From Nitrospirota bacterium (lineage in GTDB: Bacteria > Nitrospirota > Thermodesulfovibrionia > Thermodesulfovibrionales > Dissulfurispiraceae), in the NCBI GenBank assembly GCA_963710375.1, contig CAVPZX010000004.1, forward strand, positions 128,001 through 192,000: 64,000 bases of DNA, read 5' to 3'. This document shows positions 47,163 to 56,337 of the stretch, in pieces. How positions within the stretch are numbered: the first letter of the stretch is position 1; each line of letters starts with the position of its first letter. The position numbers and the translations under genes are program-made. The notes beneath the pieces are model-generated. The model worked only from the letters and a program-made list of their open reading frames with translations. It did not search any database and was not told where the DNA came from.

Positions 47163-47836
47163 GCATGCAGGCCCGCGAAGAGATTTTAGGCCGGTTGAAA
47201 TCCGCAAAGAAGAAAGCCCCTGCAGCAAGGCCAGAAAAACCCGTCCTTGCAGAAATGAATCTTGACAAAGAGCAATTGTTGCAGCGTTTCACCTCGGAAC
47301 TGAACGCGCAGAGCGGCGCGGTATATCAGGCGAAAGATAAAGAGGACGCCGTACGCATATTGTCCGGTATCGCATCAGCGGAAGGGCTTAAGTCTGTCCT
47401 GGCGACCTCGGGAGATATTTATGGTGTAGATATTCGGGCGTTCGGCGCCCAGAACAACGTTTCGGTCGGCACTGTCCAGGATTTTTCGGACCGGAAGACT
47501 TTCCGTGAATCGGCGTTTTCCGTGGATGCAGGCATTACCTCTGCTGATTTCGCCGTGGCCGAGACAGGTACCCTCGGTGTGGTCTTTAACAAAGATCAGC
47601 CCAGGCTTGTTTCAATAGCCCCTCCTGTCCATATCGCCATTGTACCCGCCGATAAGCTCTATCCCGTCTATGAGGATGTCATCGACCAGGTATTCAAAGA
47701 CGTGGATAAAATCCCCAGTCAGTTCTGCTTTATCACAGGACCGAGTTCGACAGCCGACATTCAGGGAGTGCATTTTAAAGGTATGCACGGTCCAGTGAAG
47801 ATCTTTGTAATATTTATCATGGGGGCCATAAGATGA
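47159..47836 (+). CDS. lutC: Lactate utilization protein C (LUD domain)
   Basis: AREEILGRL, AVAETGT, ITGPSSTADI, GMHGP. Confidence 0.88.
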   Translation: MSMQAREEILGRLKSAKKKAPAARPEKPVLAEMNLDKEQLLQRFTSELNAQSGAVYQAKDKEDAVRILSGIASAEGLKSVLATSGDIYGVDIRAFGAQNNVSVGTVQDFSDRKTFRESAFSVDAGITSADFAVAETGTLGVVFNKDQPRLVSIAPPVHIAIVPADKLYPVYEDVIDQVFKDVDKIPSQFCFITGPSSTADIQGVHFKGMHGPVKIFVIFIMGAIR

Positions 47837-49071
47837 AGACAATATCAGTGCCATCCAGGCTATGGTATGAGAATACCGAACGGGAGCTTAACTTTCCGGA
47901 TAGATGGGATGTGACCGACCTCTGCGCTTCAGGCCTCAGCAAACCAGGGCTTTCACCTGAGCAGATTAAGGATAAGCTGGAACATCCCATTGACGGCCCG
48001 GGACTTGAAGAGCTCGCTAAAGGGAAGGGGCAGGCTGTTATTGTTTTTGATGATATGACGAGACCCACGCCTGTCAAGGATGTGGCGCCTTTTGTTTTAG
48101 ATATCCTCCATAAGGGAGGCATGAAGCGGGACCAGATCAGGTTTCTCTGGGCGCTGGGAGCACATGGCGCTTATGACATGATAAATGCCAGGAAAAAACT
48201 GGGGGATGAAATCGTCGAAAATTATGCGGTTTACAACCATGACCCTTTTCAAAACACTGTACTGGCAGGCAGGACGCCCACCGGGGTGGAAGTCTGGTTC
48301 AACCGGGAGTTCATGGCTTGTGATCTGAAGATAGGCATCGGTTGTATTACACCACATGTCCATGTGGGGTTCGGGGGCGGGGCAAAACTCATCATGCCGG
48401 GCATTGCAGGTATTGAGACCATAAATCAATTCCACAACCAGTATTTCAGGGACCCGGTCCGGACAGGTCTCGGTAACTTTGAAAAAAATATCATGCGGGC
48501 AGAGTGTGATGCCGCCGGTGATCTGGCAGGACTAAATTTCAAAGTCAACTGCCTCATAAACCGTAAAGGACAGATAACAAACCTCTATGCCGGTACTTTC
48601 CGTGGCACCCACTCGGCCGGGGCCCGGGAGGGCAGGGAACATTATGGCATTCCCTTTTCAACCGGCTATGATATCGTTGTTTCCAATTCCTATGCAAAAG
48701 CCAACGAATCGGCCATAGCCATGCTTCTTGCGCTCCAGACTCTTAAGCCCGGCGCTCAAGGGATCGTTGTGCTCATATCGGATGCCCCTGAGGGTCAGGT
48801 TCCCCACTATGTGATGAGGACATGGGGATCAGATTACGGCGGTCGGCACTACAGCTTCCGTTCACCTGGATTTGTAAAGTTCGTCATGAAGAAGCTCATT
48901 GTGCTTAATCCGCATCCCGACAGAACAAGCCTCGACCTGATTTGCCACCCGGACGATGCGGTTACCGTCAAAACATGGGCAGAGGTGCTCGCGATGCTCG
49001 AAAATGACTATCCGGGAGATGCCAGAGTCGGTGTCATCCAGGACGGTACCATGCAGCATATATTAAAGTGA
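47833..49071 (+). CDS. larA: LarA-family lactate racemase/hydroxyacid epimerase
   Basis: DDMTRPTP, ALGAH, NHD, PH..GFGGGAK..PGIAG motifs. Confidence 0.8.
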   Translation: MKTISVPSRLWYENTERELNFPDRWDVTDLCASGLSKPGLSPEQIKDKLEHPIDGPGLEELAKGKGQAVIVFDDMTRPTPVKDVAPFVLDILHKGGMKRDQIRFLWALGAHGAYDMINARKKLGDEIVENYAVYNHDPFQNTVLAGRTPTGVEVWFNREFMACDLKIGIGCITPHVHVGFGGGAKLIMPGIAGIETINQFHNQYFRDPVRTGLGNFEKNIMRAECDAAGDLAGLNFKVNCLINRKGQITNLYAGTFRGTHSAGAREGREHYGIPFSTGYDIVVSNSYAKANESAIAMLLALQTLKPGAQGIVVLISDAPEGQVPHYVMRTWGSDYGGRHYSFRSPGFVKFVMKKLIVLNPHPDRTSLDLICHPDDAVTVKTWAEVLAMLENDYPGDARVGVIQDGTMQHILK

Positions 49072-49115
49072 TTTTCGTCTATACGAAACCTGAAAGAGAA
49101 AAAGGAGATTAGACT

Positions 49116-50720
49116 ATGAATGGTGCACAAGCCCTGTTCAAGACATTCATCGACGCAGGTTTGGAAGTCTGTTTCGCCAATCCAGGCACATCCGAGATGC
49201 AGCTTGTCTACGAAATGGGGCTAACCAAAGAGGTGCGCCCTGTTCTCTGCCTGCAGGAGAACACGGTCACCGGCGCAGCCGATGGATATGAGCGCATGGC
49301 CGGCAAACCTGCTTTCACGCTGCTGCATGTGGGCAGCGGCTTTGCCAACGGCATCGCGAATCTCCACAACGCAGGCCGGGCCAACACCATGATGGTCAAT
49401 GTCGTGGGTGCGAACGCAACTTACCATCAGCCTAATTTTCCCGAACATGAGCTCATCAACGGCAGGATCATCGACCTGGCACGCATCGTTTCTCACTGGG
49501 CACAAGAAGCCCGAACGGCCAGCGATGTGGCAGCGCTGGGCGCGCTGGCAGCGCGCTACGCCAGGATCGGCGCCGGGAAGATTTGCACGCTGGTCGTACC
49601 CACGAATTGCCACTGGGAGCCGGCCGGCGCCCTGCCTGCGTCTGCCGAACCGATTGTGACACCGAAGGTCTCGCCTCAGACCATCCGGGAAATTGCTGCG
49701 CTGCTGACTAACGGCAAGAAGATGGCAATAGTTCTGGGCAGCCATGCGCTGTATGGCGATGGACTGGAGTTGGCAGGGCAGATTGCAGCTAAAACAGGGG
49801 CAGACTTACTGGGAGAGACCTTCCCGTCCCGCCACGCCAGGGGGGAGGGCAGCGTCCCAGTTCGGAGGATTCCGTATCTCGTCGAGTTCGCTCTCAACTT
49901 CCTCGCATCGTATGAACAGCTAATCCTTGTGGGCGCATCTTTCCCGGTTGTGACTTTCGCTTATAAGGACATGCCGGTCCTAAAAGTCCAAAAAGGCTGC
50001 GAAGTGTCTACGCTGGCAACTGTTGATGTCGACATCGTGTCTGCGCTCAGTGATCTGGCGAATGAGGTCGGTGCAACGTCCAAACCGGCTGCGCGCCAGT
50101 CTCGATCTCAAAGCTCCCCGCCTGCCGGGGTTCTGACCGCTGAAGCCATTGGACAGAGCATCTGCATGTTGCTGCCGGAGAATGCGATTCTCGTGAATGA
50201 AGCTGTCACGATGGGACCGCCGATCTTTGAGCAGACACATGGCGCACGTTCACACGATTATCTGGAGGCGGTGTGTGGCGGCGCCATCGGCGGTGGACTC
50301 CCAGTGGCGTTGGGAGCTGCAATTGCATGCCCGAACCGCAAGACTGTCGTCCTAGAGGGCGACGGATGTGCGATGTATACGAACCAGGCGCTCTGGTCGA
50401 TGGCGAGGGAGCAGGCCGATGTCACCGTTGTTCTTCTCAAGAATAACGCCTACGCAATCCTGAACATAGAATTGGCACGGGTTCGTGAAGGCGACGCCAA
50501 CAAAAAAATGCTGTCGATGATGGAGCTAAACAATCCGGTGATCGACTGGGTCCGTATAGCGGAGGGACAGGGCGTTCCAGCCAGCCGCGCAACGACAGCG
50601 GAGGAGTTCCATAAGCAGTTCGAAGCGGCGCTGGGCAGCAAGGGACCCCATCTGATCGAGGCTCAGGTTGTACAAGACATTCAACCAGCCATCGATTTCC
50701 TCCGCCTGAAATCCAAGTGA
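49116..50720 (+). CDS. ThDP-dependent acetolactate-synthase-like enzyme
   Basis: CFANPGTSEM, TGAADGY, GGAIGGG, EGDG..MY..QALW, NNAY. Confidence 0.9.
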   Translation: MNGAQALFKTFIDAGLEVCFANPGTSEMQLVYEMGLTKEVRPVLCLQENTVTGAADGYERMAGKPAFTLLHVGSGFANGIANLHNAGRANTMMVNVVGANATYHQPNFPEHELINGRIIDLARIVSHWAQEARTASDVAALGALAARYARIGAGKICTLVVPTNCHWEPAGALPASAEPIVTPKVSPQTIREIAALLTNGKKMAIVLGSHALYGDGLELAGQIAAKTGADLLGETFPSRHARGEGSVPVRRIPYLVEFALNFLASYEQLILVGASFPVVTFAYKDMPVLKVQKGCEVSTLATVDVDIVSALSDLANEVGATSKPAARQSRSQSSPPAGVLTAEAIGQSICMLLPENAILVNEAVTMGPPIFEQTHGARSHDYLEAVCGGAIGGGLPVALGAAIACPNRKTVVLEGDGCAMYTNQALWSMAREQADVTVVLLKNNAYAILNIELARVREGDANKKMLSMMELNNPVIDWVRIAEGQGVPASRATTAEEFHKQFEAALGSKGPHLIEAQVVQDIQPAIDFLRLKSK

Positions 50721-50783
50721 CAACCGTACAAGTTTCATGCGGAAATGCGCGAAACGGAGATGATTCGAGCGGCATTTGTTGCA

Positions 50784-51644
50784 CCGACTAACAAACGCTT
50801 TTCAAATTATTGCAAAAGTAAAGATTTTCGAGCGAAGTCAGCGGGCGACGCAGGACAGGACCCGCCAGGGCAATAACGGGCCAATCGGGACATGACAGCC
50901 TACCGCTTCCGGATCAGCGAGATGCTGGCCACCAAGAACCACAAAGTCGGTGGGAAATTAGCGATGATAGTGGGGCCCCATCCACCGGGATTGTAGAATC
51001 CCCTGTAGTTTACCGCGCCGGCGAACATTGCAGGAACACACGCGGCGCAGAGCGCAGCGCCAATATACGCCACCCATCCGGTCCATCTGGGCAGAACACC
51101 GGTGGCGAAGGTTGCGTAACCCGCAGCGGCGAGAAACATTCCCGTTATAACAAAGGCAGTCGAACCGTTATAAATCAGGAGCGTACCTTCGATCAGAGAT
51201 CTAACCGCGGAAGGATTAGCATTGCCGCTGAGCGCGTCGAGAACCGCACCGCCCTCAAGCCCATCGGCAACCAGGGTAACCGCAATCCAGATCAGAGCGG
51301 CCCCGAAGAGCAGCGTGCCAACCCATTCGTGGTCTGCCCGCGCTTGTCGAATCAGGTGGCGGAAGCCAGCCGCAAAGACCAACGACGTGACGTACACACC
51401 TTGGTCGAGCAGTATCCGCGTGAATGCGATGTTTTTTATCATGAATAAATGTTGCCCGAACGCAGCGCCGTCATAAGGGGATGGTGGAGAACTCCCCATC
51501 ATGTAAAGCGGGAACTGACTCAGCCACAGAACGACACATGCCAGACCAAAAGCGCCCGTGAAGTGAGACACTTTGAGATCGTTAATGGGAACCTCCTTGC
51601 ATTGATGCTTTGATGCGCTGTGAGGGCTGAGATCCGACTAACAA
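50784..51644. repeat. 11-bp direct repeat CCGACTAACAA (50784-50794, 51634-51644) bracketing one gene
   Basis: Identical 11-mers 850 bp apart, each within a dif/att-like site. Confidence 0.6.
50900..51586 (-). CDS. Integral membrane protein (DUF4386-like), start ATT 51586 or GTG 51571
   Basis: About 6 hydrophobic helices, LPRWTGW motif; AGGAGG 5 nt upstream of in-frame ATT. Confidence 0.7.
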   Translation of the reverse strand: MNDLKVSHFTGAFGLACVVLWLSQFPLYMMGSSPPSPYDGAAFGQHLFMIKNIAFTRILLDQGVYVTSLVFAAGFRHLIRQARADHEWVGTLLFGAALIWIAVTLVADGLEGGAVLDALSGNANPSAVRSLIEGTLLIYNGSTAFVITGMFLAAAGYATFATGVLPRWTGWVAYIGAALCAACVPAMFAGAVNYRGFYNPGGWGPTIIANFPPTLWFLVASISLIRKR

Positions 51645-51971
51645 GCTATTATGCGGTATCTTCATATTTTATCATTTGCGGCTTATTTTATCACAATAAC
51701 CATGGTTATCTAACTGCATAAGTACCCTGCGGGATGTTATACAGAAAACTGTCCAATTCCATTTCAACTCCACATCATTAGATGATGCCCAATGATGTTT
51801 GTTGCAGGAAGGAACAGAAAATATTTTCAGATGCATCAACGATGCGGGATACAAGCGGGAACTAACACCCGATCTAACATTGATTGATAGGCATGATTTA
51901 GAATCGTTCGCATCGACCGTAGAGATCTTGACTTTTATAACCATACACGTTATAGTGTTATATAGGAACTG

Positions 51972-52253
51972 ATGATAAAGTCCTTCAACGATAAAGATAC
52001 TGAGCAGCTTTATTTGACAGGGAAAAGCAGAAAGTTCCCTATAGCGGTTTGTAAGGCGGGTATTCACAAACTTGATTACCTAAATGCCGCAACAAAGCTA
52101 CAGGATTTGAAAGCGACGCCTGGAAACAGGCTCGAAATGTTAAGGGGCAGATATGAAGGCAAGTACAGCATCAGGGTCAACGACCAGTACAGGATTATAT
52201 TTAAATGGCATAATTCTTATGCTTACGAAGTGAGAATAACTGATTACCATTAA
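51972..52253 (+). CDS. higB: HigB/RelE-family toxin
   Basis: MIKSF.DK.T, DL..PGNRLE.L.G, YSIRVNDQYRI.F.W, ITDYH. Confidence 0.93.
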   Translation: MIKSFNDKDTEQLYLTGKSRKFPIAVCKAGIHKLDYLNAATKLQDLKATPGNRLEMLRGRYEGKYSIRVNDQYRIIFKWHNSYAYEVRITDYH

Positions 52254-52265
52254 TGGAGGTTAGCC

Positions 52266-52581
52266 ATGTTTGATTTAAAAAGAGAGCCCACGCACCCTGG
52301 AGATGTGCTGAAATATGACTTTCTGGATGAGTCTGAATATATCGCAGACCCAGCTTGCCAATGACTTAAATACTACTTTCAGGACTATAAATGAAATCAT
52401 AAACCATAAAAGAGGTATCAGTCCTGAAATGGCCGTGCGGCTTGCCAAGTATTTCGGTACATCAGAAGAGTTGTGGCTAAATTTACAAAACCAGTACGAC
52501 TTGTATAAGGTCAAAATGAAGAAGAAAAAAACTTTAGATAGCATCAGGGCATACACAGACTTGCATACTGCGGCGGTTTAG
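52266..52581 (+). pseudogene. higA: HigA antitoxin, +1 frameshift near 52332 (probably sequencing artefact)
   Basis: MFDLKREPTHPGDVLKYDFLDE joins LNISQTQLA...ISPEMAVRLAKYFGTSEELWLNLQ; 104 aa when repaired. Confidence 0.88.
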
Positions 52582-52643
52582 CTCAGCGTTACTGTAATGC
52601 TTGTTTACTACTTTGAGGAATAAACAGCCGACTGCCGGGGGGT

Positions 52644-53828
52644 TTAAAAACCGAGCCCCTTGAGCAGGGTGTCCACCCCTGCCTGGGAGATGACCTCTTT
52701 GATTTTTGTTTCTTTATCACCTTTTTCGGCTTTTAATCCGACGTTCCCTATTATTTTCACCATTTCTTTTTCCGTCTCCTCCATAAAACCAATGACCTGC
52801 TTCAAGGTGCGTCCGGTTATGTCCTGGAACTCCTGGATTATCAGCAGTTCGGTGAGGTCTTTCTCAAATTCCTCCCCGAATCTCTCCATATAGTCTAGTG
52901 CATCCTCGTTGTCGGCGAATCCCTGTATATCCATCTTGAAGCCCTTGATCCGTGCGAGATATTTTTCGACGATCTCCAAAGTCCTGTTTGCCGCATCTTC
53001 GGTCCCCTTGATGACCAGTTGCAGATTGTCGAGAGCGGTTGGCATCTCGGAAACAGTCATGCTTTTCATGCGCGGCGCATTGATGCCCCTGAAGCCCTGG
53101 ATGGTGTCATGCAGTTTCCTGGTGAGCTTGCCAAGCTCCTTGTATAAACCCTCCTGTCCTTTGCTGATGATATTTTCCACGCACGCGTTGGTCTTATTAA
53201 AATCCTGGCTGACGAGGGCATCCATAAAACATACGACGTCATCAAGAACTGTCACGCGGGGGTCATTTTTTTCGATGCCCTTATTCTTGAAGAATTCCTT
53301 TGTGTCCATAATCTCCCGCACAAACATGTCGCCGCCGATACCCTCTATCTTCTTGACCACCTCGACTTTGTCAGCTCCTGCTTCCTTGTATTCGATTATC
53401 TCATCCTCGAAAAGATGCATGTCCTGCTGGGGGATCATTCTCCTGGGGTCGAGCATGATAATGAGTCGGTCGTTTATTTTTGCAGCTCCGTCCACAGCTT
53501 CGCGGGTGTCGGCCATAAAGGTTTCAGCAGGTTCTATACTGCTGTTTTCGATGCTGATAACACCTGTAATGCCATCCACGAGTATGCCGAAGGCTACTTT
53601 GCCGCTCGCAAGGACTATAACCTTCTGCGGCCCCTCGCTCTCGGGAAAGCCAAGCAAACTTCTGAGTTTGACGATGGTTATTATCTTGCCCCGCATGTTG
53701 CTGATCCCTTCAACGTAGGGTGGGGACTGGGGCATTTTGGTTATTTGCGGGAGATTGATTATCTCCTGGACCTTGTTAATAGGTACGGTAAATTCATTGC
53801 CGTTTACAAGAAAGCCGACATATTGCAT
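52644..53828 (-). CDS. CheW-CheZ fusion protein
   Basis: N-terminal CheW (VQEII, PPYVEGISNMRG, GILVD); C-terminal CheZ (LGKLTRKLHD, TEDAANRTL, FQDITG, VDTLL.GLGF). Confidence 0.85.
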   Translation of the reverse strand: MQYVGFLVNGNEFTVPINKVQEIINLPQITKMPQSPPYVEGISNMRGKIITIVKLRSLLGFPESEGPQKVIVLASGKVAFGILVDGITGVISIENSSIEPAETFMADTREAVDGAAKINDRLIIMLDPRRMIPQQDMHLFEDEIIEYKEAGADKVEVVKKIEGIGGDMFVREIMDTKEFFKNKGIEKNDPRVTVLDDVVCFMDALVSQDFNKTNACVENIISKGQEGLYKELGKLTRKLHDTIQGFRGINAPRMKSMTVSEMPTALDNLQLVIKGTEDAANRTLEIVEKYLARIKGFKMDIQGFADNEDALDYMERFGEEFEKDLTELLIIQEFQDITGRTLKQVIGFMEETEKEMVKIIGNVGLKAEKGDKETKIKEVISQAGVDTLLKGLGF

Positions 53829-53922
53829 TGTTTTCTCCTCTCAGGAATGATGATAACAAATTACTTATTGCCTTGCAAGGAAGAATTTTCACAACCGCCT
53901 TTTCGGTAACAGCTGTTTAACC

Positions 53923-54105
53923 CATAAATTTATACTAGGAGCAGGCTGGTCATGGTGCTGAGCGGACTATGACAGCCTAAGTGACACCAGGGATGGTGAC
54001 ACAGGCTGTCATAGCCTCGGAGCAAGGCCGGATGCCTTGCGAGAATGAGACGAAGCACTGTGGCCTGACTGCTCCTAGTATAAATTTATGAATAATGTGG
54101 ATTAG
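53923..54105. mobile_element. MITE-like element, family A, copy 2 (inverted)
   Basis: 22-bp perfect IR 53923-53944/54069-54090; body is the reverse complement of 8699-8902. Confidence 0.8.
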
Positions 54106-54138
54106 ACGCCTCCCCGAATTCTGCTATAATTAGCTATC

Positions 54139-54957
54139 ATGTCCTTCGTAATATCCTTAAATCCTGCAAGAGTGAACACGGGAGAAGATTTATGGTTTAT
54201 TTTTCGCGGGGATGAATTGTTGGTCAGGACGACTGAAACCGGTGCTGAGGTGCCCGATTTTCAGGATATAACCGGGCTTGATCAGAATTTCATCAGTTCG
54301 CACTACCTTGGAACACTAAACGGACTCAATTGTTATACTACTGAGGTTGACGGGAATGTCGTTGGTCCGGATGGAATGTCGTTTCAGGCCTTGCACCCGC
54401 TGCTTGGCCTTCTGGATGAGGAATTTTTTTCGGCTGCAGGCAGGGCTTTTCAAATCATCCATTGGGAACGGACGCATCAGTTTTGCGGCAGATGCGGAGG
54501 CCGCACCAGACTGAAAACCGGAGAAAGGGCCAGGGAGTGCCCGGATTGCGGTCTTGTAATGTATCATGAGATATCCCCGGCTATAATCGTGGCTGTAGCC
54601 AAGGGGGCTGAGATACTCCTGGCACAGTCCCATCGTTTCCGGAATGCGTTTTACAGTGTATTGGCCGGTTTTGTAGAACCTGGTGAAACCTTCGAGGAGA
54701 CAGTCAGGAGGGAGGTCCGTGAAGAGGTCGGGATCGAGCTCAAAAATATACGCTATTTCGGAAGCCAGCCCTGGCCGTTTCCCAATTCGTTAATGGTCGG
54801 GTTTATGGCTGACTATGAAAGCGGGGAAATCAGGATCGATGAATCCGAGATTGTCGATGCCGGGTGGTTTGCCACAAATAATCTGCCGGGCCTGCCACGC
54901 ACCGGGACAATTGCACGCAGGCTGATAGATTTCTTTGCAGAGGGTGTAAGGAAATGA
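54139..54957 (+). CDS. nudC: NAD(H) pyrophosphatase NudC
   Basis: FCGRCG..CPDCG zinc ribbon, Nudix box GFVEPGETFEETVRREVREEVG, SQPWPFPNS. Confidence 0.95.
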   Translation: MSFVISLNPARVNTGEDLWFIFRGDELLVRTTETGAEVPDFQDITGLDQNFISSHYLGTLNGLNCYTTEVDGNVVGPDGMSFQALHPLLGLLDEEFFSAAGRAFQIIHWERTHQFCGRCGGRTRLKTGERARECPDCGLVMYHEISPAIIVAVAKGAEILLAQSHRFRNAFYSVLAGFVEPGETFEETVRREVREEVGIELKNIRYFGSQPWPFPNSLMVGFMADYESGEIRIDESEIVDAGWFATNNLPGLPRTGTIARRLIDFFAEGVRK

Positions 54958-55029
54958 TGCATGGTCTTCGTTGAGAGGGGATTGAATAAAGGATATTAAT
55001 GAACTCACCCAGGATGAAAGGAGAGTGTT

Positions 55030-56041
55030 ATGAAAGTTTTTGAGGTCAGAGACAATTTTGGCATCGATAACCTGGTACTTGCCGAGAGGCCTCAGCCCAT
55101 GCCAGGTCATGGACAGATACTCGTGAAGGTACGGGCAGTATCTCTCAATTACCGCGATCTTATGGTTGTAAAGGGCATTTACAATCCTAAGCTCCCCTTA
55201 CCCCTTATACCTTTCTCGGATGGTGCGGGGGATGTCGTCGCCGCAGGTGATGGCGTCTCACGGGTAAGGGTGGGTGACCGTGTTGCAGGTATCTTCATGC
55301 AGACCTGGCTGGGAGGTGAAGTGACCGAGTCCAAAGCGAGGTCTGCCTTAGGCGGAGGAATCGACGGTATGCTGGCTGAGTACGTGGTTCTTCACGAAGA
55401 CGGTGTCGTACACATCCCCGCGCACCTCTCCTATGAAGAGGCTGCCACTCTGCCCTGCGCGGCCGTAACAGCCTGGCACGCTGTCATTGAGAAGGGACTG
55501 AAATTAGGAGGAAGCGTGCTGGTGCTCGGTACGGGCGGGGTCTCTCTCTTCGCGCTCCAGTTTGCGAGGCTTGCCGGGGCAAAGGTGATCATAACGTCCA
55601 GCAGTGACGAAAAACTGACAAGAGCGCAGCAACTTGGGGCCGAGGAATGCATTAACTATAAGAAGGTGCCCGAATGGGACCAGCGGGTAAGGGAGACTCA
55701 CGGGAGGAACGGGTGTGGATCTTGTAGTTGAGGTAGGAGGGGCAGGTACCCTGCCGCAATCCCTCAAAGCTGTCCGCACAGGAGGCCGAATCAGTTTGAT
55801 AGGGGTCTTGACCGGAAACACCGGAAAGATAAACCCTCTGCCGATTGTGATGAAAAATATTCGGGTAGAGGGCATATTCGTCGGCTCACGCGAGATGTTC
55901 GAGTCGATGAACCGCGCCATAAACCTGCACCAGCTGCATCCCGTGGTGGATCGTATCTTCTCCTTTGAGGAGATAGGGCAGGCGCTCCGGCACATGGAGA
56001 GCGGCGCACACTTCGGCAAGATCTGCATCAGAATAGCCTGA
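55030..56041 (+). pseudogene. NAD(P)-dependent alcohol dehydrogenase/quinone reductase (MDR), +1 frameshift near 55696 (probably artefact)
   Basis: SLNYRD, SDGAG, LPCAAVTAW, GTGGVS; VRE joins [15 protein letters not shown]; 336 aa when repaired. Confidence 0.88.
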
Positions 56042-56337
56042 GGCGGAAAGGCAAACCCGTTTTTGCTATATGTCATGGCCCTCAAATTTTGATTAGCGCA
56101 GGTTTGTTAAAAGGAAGGCATGCGACATGAAATCCGCTGTTGAAATGATTCGGGAGAACATGTAAGATACAACCTGAGATTGTTACTTGCAAATTAGAGG
56201 ATGGAATCCGGTTTTCTACGAAGATATACGAAAAGGGGATTTTTCAGAGACAAAGTGAAGGGATACAAACTTCCAGTGAAGCGCGTGGTTCGAACTGATA
56301 TGACCGACTACTCTCAGACCGGTACAACACTCTATCT

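Noticed and set aside
52315..52581. Programmed frameshifting in higA (and in the SBP and MDR genes)
   Set aside because: No slippery heptamer or long homopolymer at the junctions; the shared AGWCT context is more parsimonious.
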